Source: Candidatus Thorarchaeota archaeon (GTDB taxonomy: Archaea > Asgardarchaeota > Thorarchaeia > Thorarchaeales > Thorarchaeaceae). From it: 22,813 bases of DNA. The DNA is taken from NCBI GenBank assembly GCA_048882385.1, contig JBHLRQ010000047.1, forward strand, positions 1 to 22,813. The letters run 5' to 3'. The stretch's first letter is position 1. Each line of letters starts with the position of its first letter. The translations under genes and the position numbers were made by a program. This document shows, in pieces, positions 9,526 to 17,816 of the stretch. Under the pieces are notes generated by a model that had not been told where the DNA came from, ran no database searches, and saw nothing but the letters and a program-made list of their open reading frames with translations.

Positions 9526-10383
9526 ATGAGTGAATACGTATTGCTGACAAAATTCTGGAACGAACTTGAACGAATTCCCGGAATAGTTGAGAACATCGCA
9601 CAACAGACAAAACAACCCATAAGATGGTTGCTAATTGATGATGGAAGCACTGATGGTGGTGGCGACCTATTTATTGAGCTTCTGAAGAAAGAAGGAATTC
9701 GAGCATTGATTTCAAAATTACCCCAAAAAACCAAAGGAAATCTAGATACACTCGGACGAGCATATTCCTTTGCATTCAAAGAGCATAGAGAAGAGTTATC
9801 GAAATTGAATCCGGGTTATTTGGGACTAATTGACATCGATACTAGAGTCCCTTCGAATTATTTTGAACATATGACCAATGTAATGGATTCTGACAAAAGC
9901 TTAGGATGCATCAATGCCCAAATCAAAGGTGAACGAGGACCAACTGATTGGCCAAGAGGCTCAGGCAAGGTGACGAGATGGACTGTAATTGAATCATTCG
10001 ATGAATTTTGGGATTTGGATGCAGATTCGTTCTTGAACGTTAAAGCAACTCGGATGGGATTGAGATTGAAAGTTTTTGATGATTTGTTTCTTGAAGCGGC
10101 ACCTTCACAGGTTATGTCGAAGAAAGGACTATTCAGATTGGGGCGAGTGAATTATTATGAACAGAAGCACCCACTCTTGGTATTTCAGACAGCATTTTTC
10201 CGTTTGATACAAAGACGACATGGAACTGAATATTTGAGGGGATACTTTCAGGAGTTCCTGAGGGGCACATGGATTTGCAGTGACCGAGATATTCGATATT
10301 ATTACAGTCTGGAATATAGGATTCGGTCAAAAATGCAACGAGTACTTGGAATTGGTCGTCATAGATGGCCCAAAGCAGGTTAA
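9526..10383 (+). CDS. Glycosyltransferase, GT2 family (GT-A)
   Basis: WNE...IP, WLLIDDGSTDG, DID (DxD) motif. Confidence 0.85.
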   Translation: MSEYVLLTKFWNELERIPGIVENIAQQTKQPIRWLLIDDGSTDGGGDLFIELLKKEGIRALISKLPQKTKGNLDTLGRAYSFAFKEHREELSKLNPGYLGLIDIDTRVPSNYFEHMTNVMDSDKSLGCINAQIKGERGPTDWPRGSGKVTRWTVIESFDEFWDLDADSFLNVKATRMGLRLKVFDDLFLEAAPSQVMSKKGLFRLGRVNYYEQKHPLLVFQTAFFRLIQRRHGTEYLRGYFQEFLRGTWICSDRDIRYYYSLEYRIRSKMQRVLGIGRHRWPKAG

Positions 10384-10403
10384 TTTAAAATTGGTCGACT
10401 GAA

Positions 10404-11540
10404 TTATATGATGACTTCTTTGAGTGTTTTAAAAACAAAATCAAGCGCATTGTCAGTAAGTGCAGGATACATTGGCAAGGAAAGTATGCACTCATAGAAT
10501 CTCTCCGTTTTCGGAAGTTGTACATCTCGGTATCCAGACTCTCTATAATACGGATGCCAATAGATTGGAATGTAATGAACTTGGCAATATATCCCCTTTT
10601 TCACAAGTGATTCGAAAACGATCTTCCTTCTCTTTGGATCTGTCAGTTTTATTACATAGAGATGATAGGAGTGAAACTCATCCTCTCTTTCAGGTATGAT
10701 TTCCACCTGATTATTATAACTTTCAAAAAAGTTTGAATACAGACTTGCTATTTCCCTTCGGCGTTTGACAAATTCATCGATTCTGGAAAGTTGGCTTAGG
10801 CCGAGTGCGGCTTGTATTTCGGTCAGCCTGTAATTGAATCCCAGATATTGCATTTCTTGGAACCAAGGCTCATTGTGTTTGGTCTTGAATTTGGATTGAT
10901 CCTTAGTAATGCCATGAGTCCTAAGAGTCTTCAGCATTTCGAATAGATCTTTATTATTCGTGGAGATTAAACCACCCTCACCTGTAGTAACGTGTTTAAC
11001 TGGATGGAAACTGAATGTAGTCAAGTCAGAGTATTTACAGCTCCCAATGGAGGACCCTTTATACTTCGCTCCAATTGCATGACTAGCATCTTCAATTACA
11101 AACAGTTCGTTCTCTTTAGCAATATTTGATATTTCTTCGAGGTCACAAGGTAATCCCATGAGATGAACTGGTATGATTCCAGTGGTGCTGGAGTTAACTG
11201 CCTTCCTCACTTCTTCTGGGTCTATAAGACCCCTTTCAGTAATATCTGCAAAAACAGGAATTCCTGAATTGTAGAGCACACAGTTTGAAGTCGCAGCAAA
11301 AGACATTCCTGTTGTTACAACTTCAGATCCTTTTTGAACACCCAATGCTTGTGCAGCCAGATGAAGCGCTGCAGTCCCATTAGCAACAGCAACTGCATAT
11401 TTTGACCCTACATATTTTGCAAAGGCATCCTCAAACTTTGGAATGACTGGACCAGTGGTCAAATAGTCTGATCGAAGGACTTCTATCACTTGTTTTATGT
11501 CTTCATCAGAGATCCATTGTTTGCCATAAGGAATCTTCAT
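10404..11540 (-). CDS. pseC: UDP-4-amino-4,6-dideoxy-N-acetyl-beta-L-altrosamine transaminase (PLP, DegT family)
   Basis: IPYGKQWI..EDI..V..VLRSDYLTTGP, NGTAALH, IEDASHA, FSFHPVKHVTTGEGG, LGFNYRLTEIQAALG, QVHYIP. Confidence 0.92.
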   Translation of the reverse strand: MKIPYGKQWISDEDIKQVIEVLRSDYLTTGPVIPKFEDAFAKYVGSKYAVAVANGTAALHLAAQALGVQKGSEVVTTGMSFAATSNCVLYNSGIPVFADITERGLIDPEEVRKAVNSSTTGIIPVHLMGLPCDLEEISNIAKENELFVIEDASHAIGAKYKGSSIGSCKYSDLTTFSFHPVKHVTTGEGGLISTNNKDLFEMLKTLRTHGITKDQSKFKTKHNEPWFQEMQYLGFNYRLTEIQAALGLSQLSRIDEFVKRRREIASLYSNFFESYNNQVEIIPEREDEFHSYHLYVIKLTDPKRRKIVFESLVKKGIYCQVHYIPIYWHPYYRESGYRDVQLPKTERFYECILSLPMYPALTDNALDFVFKTLKEVII

Positions 11541-11549
11541 TGTCCCAAC

Positions 11550-12608
11550 CTACAACAAATCGGAGTTCTTGAAATATTCAAGGACTTCCTTTTTTGAGAG
11601 AAGATGATTTTTCGAAGAATATTCCTCCATTTTGGTGTTGTCCATCTTTTCTCCTTCTTTTTGATACAGCGGAGTTTCGACTTCGATGTAACGCTCAATG
11701 AGTGAGGTTATCGCATAGATATCTTCAAGTCTATAGGTCAAAGGAATCTCAAGGTTGTTGATGAGAACCTCATGAATCTTTTCACCTGGTCTAATACCAA
11801 TATCTTCGATTTCATTATCAGCATTCATGATTGTCTTCATTGCATCAATCAAATCTACTACTTTCAATGATGGAATGACAGGAACAATGACTTCTCCACC
11901 TATACTGTAGGATAAAGCCTTGAGAACTAGGTCAACTGCTTGATCAGCAGAAATAACGAAGCGTGTCATGTCTGGATGAGTCAGAGGGATTGGATTTCCA
12001 CTCATAATTTTCTCTTTGAAGAAAGGAATTATAGATCCTGTGCTTGCTAGCACATTTCCATATCTAACAGAGCTCAAAATAGATTTAGAAAATCCTTTAC
12101 TGTAATTTATCTCTGTGAAAATTCTTTCACCTAGGAGTTTGCAGGCACCGTAGGAATTCAAGGGTGAACATGCCTTGTCGGTTGAAACAAAGAGTGATTT
12201 TGAAACTTCGTTTTTCAATGCTGCATTGGCAACGTTAACTGTTCCAAGAATATTCGTCTTGATTGATTCAGTGACATTGTATTCAATCATGTCAATTCGT
12301 TTCAGAGCTGCTGCGTGAATAAGAACGTCAACATCCTCGAGTGCTCTTGAGATTCTATGGTAATCCCTAACATCTCCAATTAGATTCCGAATACGTTCAT
12401 TGTTCCCAAATAAGTTGTTGAAATGATAATGCTTGACTTCATCCCTACTGAAAACCCGCAGAGACTGAGGTTCGTATTCCAAGAACCGGGATGCAAGAGA
12501 TTTACCCAAGAATCCAGTACCGCCGGTGATTAGAACTACCTTGTCTTGTACGCATTCCCAGATATTGTCTTCAAGTTTGCTCAAGATCGATTCACTCTCA
12601 GAATTCAT
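11550..12608 (-). CDS. pseB: UDP-GlcNAc 4,6-dehydratase (inverting), PseB/FlaA1 type
   Basis: ITGGTGFLG, FSRDEVK, HAAALK, STDKA, YGACK (Tyr-type YxxxK), VRYGNV, MTRF, GIRPGEKIHE; directly upstream of pseC. Confidence 0.85.
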   Translation of the reverse strand: MNSESESILSKLEDNIWECVQDKVVLITGGTGFLGKSLASRFLEYEPQSLRVFSRDEVKHYHFNNLFGNNERIRNLIGDVRDYHRISRALEDVDVLIHAAALKRIDMIEYNVTESIKTNILGTVNVANAALKNEVSKSLFVSTDKACSPLNSYGACKLLGERIFTEINYSKGFSKSILSSVRYGNVLASTGSIIPFFKEKIMSGNPIPLTHPDMTRFVISADQAVDLVLKALSYSIGGEVIVPVIPSLKVVDLIDAMKTIMNADNEIEDIGIRPGEKIHEVLINNLEIPLTYRLEDIYAITSLIERYIEVETPLYQKEGEKMDNTKMEEYSSKNHLLSKKEVLEYFKNSDLL

Positions 12609-12643
12609 TCGGATAGTCGTGTTCCGAGATTCTAATGACAGGA

Positions 12644-12714
12644 TTTTAACCTTCTTATATTAATCCAGAATCATAGATTCGAGATTAGAAGTTATTAGTT
12701 GAGAAGTTTTATAA
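12644..12714. promoter_or_regulatory. Divergent archaeal promoters for pseBC and pseI
   Basis: Minus: AGAAGG-TTAAAA (12655-12644), ~36 nt before the pseB ATG. Plus: GAGAAG-TTTTATAA (12701-12714), ~31 nt before the pseI ATG, with GGTGA at 12737-12741. Confidence 0.55.
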
Positions 12715-12745
12715 TTGCACCCAAAAGAAGAGGATTGGTGAACTG

Positions 12746-13792
12746 ATGAAAGTGATTAAGATAGGGGACGTACTTGTCGGGGGAAAGAACCCAGTTTTCA
12801 TTGTCGCAGAAATATCTGCTAATCACCTTCAAGACTACGATCTGGCAGTCCAAATAATCAATGCCGCAAAAAAAGCTGGCGCAGATGCAGTGAAGCTGCA
12901 GACTTACACAGCTGATACTATTACTCTGAATTGTGATAGTAAGTATTTTCAGCTTGACGAAACGATTTGGGAAGGCAAGACTCTCTACCAACTTTACAAA
13001 GAAGCATATACACCATGGGATTGGCAACCGAAGTTAAAAGAACATGCTGAAAGCTTAGGACTGATCTTCTTCTCATCGCCATTTGATAGAACTGCAGTAG
13101 ACTTTTTGGAAGGTCTTGATGTTCCAGCTTTCAAAGTAGCTTCTTTCGAAATCACTGATATTCCTTTGATCGAATATATAGCATCCAAAAAGAAACCAGT
13201 CATAATTTCAACTGGAATTGCTGAGCCTAGTGACATAGAAACAGCAATTGAAGCTTGCAAGAAGGAAGGAAATGATGAGATCATCTTACTGAAATGCACA
13301 TCTGCGTACCCAACACCTCTCTCCGATGTCAACCTTCAAACACTGCCAGATCTTTCTACTCGTTTCAACACTCTCACAGGATTATCAGATCATACATTGG
13401 GAATTTCTGTACCAGTTGCAGCTGTCTCCCTAGGTGCATGTCTGATAGAAAAACATCTGACACTGAAGAGAGAGTTAGGTGGACCTGATGCTGAGTTTTC
13501 ACTTGAACCTCATGAGTTTGAGAGTATGGTGAAAACAATCAGAGAAGTTGAGGAAGCATTGGGTGAAGTATCTTACACATTGACTGAGAAGATGAAGAGA
13601 AGCCGTAAGTTCTCCCGTTCATTGTTTGTTACAGAGGACATCAGAAAGGGTGAAATGTTTACTGATGCAAACGTTAGGTCAGTCAGGCCAGGATATGGTC
13701 TTCATCCCAAGTTTCAGGATAAGGTGTTAGGTAAGCGAGCAACAAAAGACCTCAAGAAAGGAACGCCGCTCAATTGGGATATGCTTGAATGA
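12746..13792 (+). CDS. pseI: Pseudaminic acid synthase (NeuB family with C-terminal SAF domain)
   Basis: AEISANH, KLQTYTADTITL, LYKEAYTPWDW, KVASFEITDIPLI, LLKCTSAYP, GLSDHTLG, IEKH, GGPDAEFSLEP, RSL..RPGYGLHP. Confidence 0.93.
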   Translation: MKVIKIGDVLVGGKNPVFIVAEISANHLQDYDLAVQIINAAKKAGADAVKLQTYTADTITLNCDSKYFQLDETIWEGKTLYQLYKEAYTPWDWQPKLKEHAESLGLIFFSSPFDRTAVDFLEGLDVPAFKVASFEITDIPLIEYIASKKKPVIISTGIAEPSDIETAIEACKKEGNDEIILLKCTSAYPTPLSDVNLQTLPDLSTRFNTLTGLSDHTLGISVPVAAVSLGACLIEKHLTLKRELGGPDAEFSLEPHEFESMVKTIREVEEALGEVSYTLTEKMKRSRKFSRSLFVTEDIRKGEMFTDANVRSVRPGYGLHPKFQDKVLGKRATKDLKKGTPLNWDMLE

Positions 13793-13799
13793 GTTGTGA

Positions 13800-13822
13800 T
13801 TCTTTTCTCTTGTTTGATCTTA
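13800..13822 (+). terminator. Putative archaeal U-rich terminator after pseI
   Basis: TTCTTTTCTCTTGTTTGATCTT just after the stop, in a convergent gap. Confidence 0.35.
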
Positions 13823-13857
13823 ACATATGATTTCGGTGTTTGGTTCAGTGAATTAGA

Positions 13858-14949
13858 CTATAGTGGATTCTTGAGTACCCATCTACTATCTTTTTGCTCG
13901 AATATTTCTCGGTTCCACATTTTTTCAACAATGTCCCAAAATTGTTTTTGGGTATAGCCGAGGAAGCTGATAAAATCGACCATAGCAATTTGGTCCAGAT
14001 TTGGATCAATCTCTCTGATCAGCCGTTTTGCCTCATCAAGTGTGATTAATCCTTCTCTAACTCGCCGACTAGCTATATCAGAAGTCCTTTGAAAACCAAA
14101 TTTGGGGTACTTCAGCCATAAATGAACCATATAGGCTTGAGAATCCATCTGTTCAAAATCCTCAATACATCCTTCTCGCTTCCATTCATGAGCGAGATCT
14201 CGGAAGCCATATCGACGAGCTACCTCTAGATTCCTCATACTACTCCATGGATAGAAATAACTCATGTAGATTACTTCGGGCAGAGGTTTGCTGTTGTCAA
14301 GTTGTATCGAACTAACCTCTGGATCTGTCAGTCCATGGTCAATCCACCATTGCCTGTCTTCTTCTAACTTGTCAGACATTGCTTTTACTACCGGAGTAGC
14401 ACTGAAAAAGTCCTCGCTAACTGTTCCGTACTCGAATGAAGAGTTTTCTCCATATATAACGAATGGAATGTCAAACTTCTGGGCAAGGAGTGTGGGAATG
14501 GTGTAGATAGCATACTCCACAAACTTCAGAGCCTCACCAGTTGTTTCAAAAGCAATCCTTGTGGCTCGTCTGAACAAATCATGATTAATTGTGTATTGAT
14601 AATGATTGAGCTTGAAGGTTTCTATCATATTCCTGAGATTGTGAGCACCAGCCTCTGTGTGAGTGAAACTGTCCGTGACAGTCACAAGTAGCGGATGCAT
14701 ATTCATCTCCTCAATCATAATATGAGCTAGGAAATGGGAGTCCTTTCCACCGCTAACTGGGATAATGCAATCATATGAACCATCAGTCTTTCGATATTTG
14801 TCACACAGTTTCCTGAGCTCTTCTTCTCGCTCCTGCCAATTTACGTCCTTGCGAGATTCATAGTTCAGGCAAGCTTGACAAATGCCATTTGAGCCGAAAA
14901 TTGATCCTGGTCTTGTGTCAGGCATTCCACATTTACTGCAGTGCTTCAT
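13858..14949 (-). CDS. N-acetyl sugar amidotransferase (PseA/WbpG/WbuX family)
   Basis: CSKC.MPDTRP...CQAC metal motif, YDCIIPVSGGKDS PP-loop, YGEN..EYG, LKYPKFGF.R, R.G.IT..EA. Confidence 0.9.
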   Translation of the reverse strand: MKHCSKCGMPDTRPGSIFGSNGICQACLNYESRKDVNWQEREEELRKLCDKYRKTDGSYDCIIPVSGGKDSHFLAHIMIEEMNMHPLLVTVTDSFTHTEAGAHNLRNMIETFKLNHYQYTINHDLFRRATRIAFETTGEALKFVEYAIYTIPTLLAQKFDIPFVIYGENSSFEYGTVSEDFFSATPVVKAMSDKLEEDRQWWIDHGLTDPEVSSIQLDNSKPLPEVIYMSYFYPWSSMRNLEVARRYGFRDLAHEWKREGCIEDFEQMDSQAYMVHLWLKYPKFGFQRTSDIASRRVREGLITLDEAKRLIREIDPNLDQIAMVDFISFLGYTQKQFWDIVEKMWNREIFEQKDSRWVLKNPL

Positions 14950-14991
14950 TCATCAAACCTCAATTCTGTTAAGCATCCGTTAGAGGAGTTG

Positions 14992-15062
14992 ATTTATAGT
15001 TTTCTCAAAAGAAATGTAAATCAAGGAGAAATAGAAACAGTCATTTTTGGAAAGCTTTAATT
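14992..15062. promoter_or_regulatory. Divergent BRE/TATA-like promoters for the amidotransferase and the methylase-spsF-GNAT operon
   Basis: Minus: GAGAAAAC-TATAAAT (15006-14992). Plus: GAAAGC-TTTAATT (15050-15062). Confidence 0.5.
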
Positions 15063-15120
15063 CGTGATAAGAAACTTGAGCCTTGACCACCACAGATCAT
15101 AGATAAATGAGGAATACTGC

Positions 15121-15747
15121 ATGGTGAAGACAACGCAGGAAGAATTCTGGGAAGGCGAGTTTGGTGATGAGTACACTTCACGCAATACTGGTGACTGGGA
15201 TGAGTTTTACAAGAAACAATGGGGAATAACTCGTACTGAACTAAATAATAAATTCCTCTCGAAACTGAGCAAAAATGCGTCTATACTTGAAGTCGGATGC
15301 AACAGAGCCAATCAGTTAATGATTCTGCATGAGCAAGGATTTGAGAATCTATGGGGTATTGATATTAATAAGAAAGCACTTCAAATCGCAAAAGAGAACA
15401 GACATTTCAATATCATTGAAGGATCAGGATTTGACATTCCTTTCAAAGACAGATACTTTGATTTGGTGTTCACAAGCGGGGTCTTAATACACATCGCTCC
15501 TGAAAACTTACCAAAAATCATCGATGAGATATATCGAGTATCAAAACGGTATATTTGGGGTTTCGAATACTTCTCAGAGGAATGCAAGGCAATTGAATAC
15601 CGAGGTCATAAGGATCGTTTGTGGAAGAATAATTTTCTCCAGCTTTATCAAGACCGTCATCCAGATTTGAAAGAAGTAAAGCAGATGAAAATCAAGTATA
15701 TAGAAACAGAAAATGTCGACATGATGTACCTTTTAGAAAAGGTCTGA
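15121..15747 (+). CDS. Pseudaminic acid biosynthesis-associated methyltransferase
   Basis: TTQEEFWEGEFGDEYTSRN, ILEVGCN, FDLVFTSGVLIHIAPE, EYF...IEYRGH...LWK. Confidence 0.88.
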   Translation: MVKTTQEEFWEGEFGDEYTSRNTGDWDEFYKKQWGITRTELNNKFLSKLSKNASILEVGCNRANQLMILHEQGFENLWGIDINKKALQIAKENRHFNIIEGSGFDIPFKDRYFDLVFTSGVLIHIAPENLPKIIDEIYRVSKRYIWGFEYFSEECKAIEYRGHKDRLWKNNFLQLYQDRHPDLKEVKQMKIKYIETENVDMMYLLEKV

Positions 15748-15750
15748 AAA

Positions 15751-16506
15751 ATGAAAATATCCTGCATCATCCAAGCAAGAGTTAGCTCAACTCGACTACC
15801 GAATAAAATCATGCTTAAGGTGTCAGGAAAGGAAATCCTAATTCACGTTGTAGAGAGAGTTCTTAGAGCCACAAAGATTGATAATGTGATAGTAGCGACA
15901 ACAACAAATCCAAGCGACAGCAGCGTTGTGAGTCTTATCAATGAATTCGATGATGATAGAGTCTCTGTAATTCGTGGGTCGGAGGAGGATGTCTTAGACA
16001 GGTATTATCAAGCTGCAATGAAGAGCAATTCAGATGTTGTAATTCGAATAACCAGTGATTGTCCGCTCATTGATTGGCAATTACTTGATAGAATGGTCAA
16101 CGAGTTTGTTGACGGGGATTTTGACTATATATCTAATGTGCTAACAAAGCGTACATATCCGCGTGGTTTAGATGTTGAAGTGTTTTCATTTGAAGTACTG
16201 AAGAAAATGTGGGAATCATGTGAAGAGAAAAGGGAACGAGAACATGTGACAACCCGTATCAGAGAGAATCCAACATTATTCAAAACAAAGAATATCCAAC
16301 AGGAAATGGACCTCTCGAATTTACGATGGACAGTCGATGAAGAAGATGATTTGAAACTCATCAAGATAATTTACGAAGAGCTATATCACAAAAAAGCAGA
16401 TTTCGGAACAAATGACATACTGGAATTGATCAAGGCAAGACCTGAACTTGCTACAATGAATGCTCATGTTGAACAACAAAAAAATGTACAAAGTGAAGCC
16501 AATTGA
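15751..16506 (+). CDS. spsF: SpsF-type acylneuraminate cytidylyltransferase (PseF role)
   Basis: IIQARVSSTRLPNK, RGSEEDVLDRY, IRITSDCP, YPRGLDVE, REHVT, RWTVDEEDD. Confidence 0.9.
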   Translation: MKISCIIQARVSSTRLPNKIMLKVSGKEILIHVVERVLRATKIDNVIVATTTNPSDSSVVSLINEFDDDRVSVIRGSEEDVLDRYYQAAMKSNSDVVIRITSDCPLIDWQLLDRMVNEFVDGDFDYISNVLTKRTYPRGLDVEVFSFEVLKKMWESCEEKREREHVTTRIRENPTLFKTKNIQQEMDLSNLRWTVDEEDDLKLIKIIYEELYHKKADFGTNDILELIKARPELATMNAHVEQQKNVQSEAN

Positions 16507-17738
16507 AATTGCGAATACGAATTGCCTCAGAAGCTGACAGCATGTTTCTATTTGATCTGAGAAACCACCCGATAGTACGAGAAGCATCTTTCAATACAAG
16601 TGAGATCTCATTAGACCAACATCAGAGTTGGTTTGAAAAAACTCTCCGAAACCCTGATACAAGTATATTCATCGGATATGACAATTCTGAAAAAAGAATA
16701 GGCATGGTTCGGTTCCAAAAGACTGGTGACAAAGCGACCATCAGTGTGGCAGTTTCTCCTTCAGTTCATGGTAAAGGCTATGGCACATCACTCCTCAAAG
16801 AGTGTTGTGTCTTGTATCTCTCTAAAGAAAATGAGGTTAACGAAATCATTGCGGAAATAAAGGAATCTAACATCAGATCAATGAAGGTCTTTGGGAAAGC
16901 AGGTTTTGTTGAAACAAAACCAGAAAATGACAAGATGAATATGAGATTGTTCAGGGTTCTTGAACATTATAGAATAGGCGTTAAGATATTCACAGTAAAC
17001 CAGGAGTCATTTGGTAAACTGAAGGAGTTCTATGAGAAGAAAATAATAGACTACGTAGAACTCTATATTGTACCAGGAGTGGTTGATAAGAAATCCCTGG
17101 ACATTCTTAAGGAAATTCCAATCATATTTCATGCTCCAAACATAAATCATGGTTTTGATCTACGGGAGAGAAATCCAGTATTTGAAGAATCATTGAATAC
17201 ACTAAAAACAATCTCAGAATATTTGGGAGAGAAAATGGTAATATTTCATCCTGGACTTGAAAGAGGAGAAGATGACATCAAGCATATCACAGCTACACTG
17301 AAAGAACTGCGCCAAGATTATGATATTATACTTGAGAATATGCCTAAGAAACCAATCAAGGGTCATAGGGGGATTATTGCTTCTCATCATGATGAATTTG
17401 AAAAGATCGTGAAAGATACAGGATCTAAAATCTGTATTGACATTGGTCACACAATTTGCAGTGCTAATCATTATCAAGTGGATGCACTGGACTATATCCA
17501 GAGATTTGTTGACCTCGGACCTTTCATGCTACATATTGGAGATGGAGTTTATTCAAGTCGCTCCGATGTTCACAAACCTCTTACTGAGGGTGATTTTCCA
17601 CTTGCGAAGATTGTCGCGTTAATACCTCCAGCGTCTACCATTACATTAGAAACTCCAAAGACCGATTTTGTATTACTCAGTGAAGATTTAGAAAACTTAC
17701 AGAGATTGAAAAATCTGATTCGTGCAAGAAATCAGTGA
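16503..17738 (+). CDS. Fusion of a PseH-like GNAT N-acetyltransferase (aa ~1-150) and an AP endonuclease 2/xylose isomerase-like TIM barrel (aa ~156-411)
   Basis: LRNHP.VR..SF....IS...H..WF, HGKGYG, N.RS...F.KAGF; then FHAP, IFHPG, LENMP, CIDIGH, HIGD, DVH, TLETP. TTG start overlaps the spsF stop. Confidence 0.85.
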   Translation: MKLRIRIASEADSMFLFDLRNHPIVREASFNTSEISLDQHQSWFEKTLRNPDTSIFIGYDNSEKRIGMVRFQKTGDKATISVAVSPSVHGKGYGTSLLKECCVLYLSKENEVNEIIAEIKESNIRSMKVFGKAGFVETKPENDKMNMRLFRVLEHYRIGVKIFTVNQESFGKLKEFYEKKIIDYVELYIVPGVVDKKSLDILKEIPIIFHAPNINHGFDLRERNPVFEESLNTLKTISEYLGEKMVIFHPGLERGEDDIKHITATLKELRQDYDIILENMPKKPIKGHRGIIASHHDEFEKIVKDTGSKICIDIGHTICSANHYQVDALDYIQRFVDLGPFMLHIGDGVYSSRSDVHKPLTEGDFPLAKIVALIPPASTITLETPKTDFVLLSEDLENLQRLKNLIRARNQ

Positions 17739-17816
17739 TAGTACAATGCTTCAAGTAGAATAGATTATATTTGGATTGCAGAGGCTAGACTAGTAAGAAA
17801 AGAGGGATAGTACAGA

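Noticed and set aside
16965-17738. TIM barrel as a DNA-repair endonuclease IV
   Set aside because: The metal ligands match, but fusion to a PseH-like GNAT and coupling to spsF point to sugar-nucleotide metabolism; not formally excluded.
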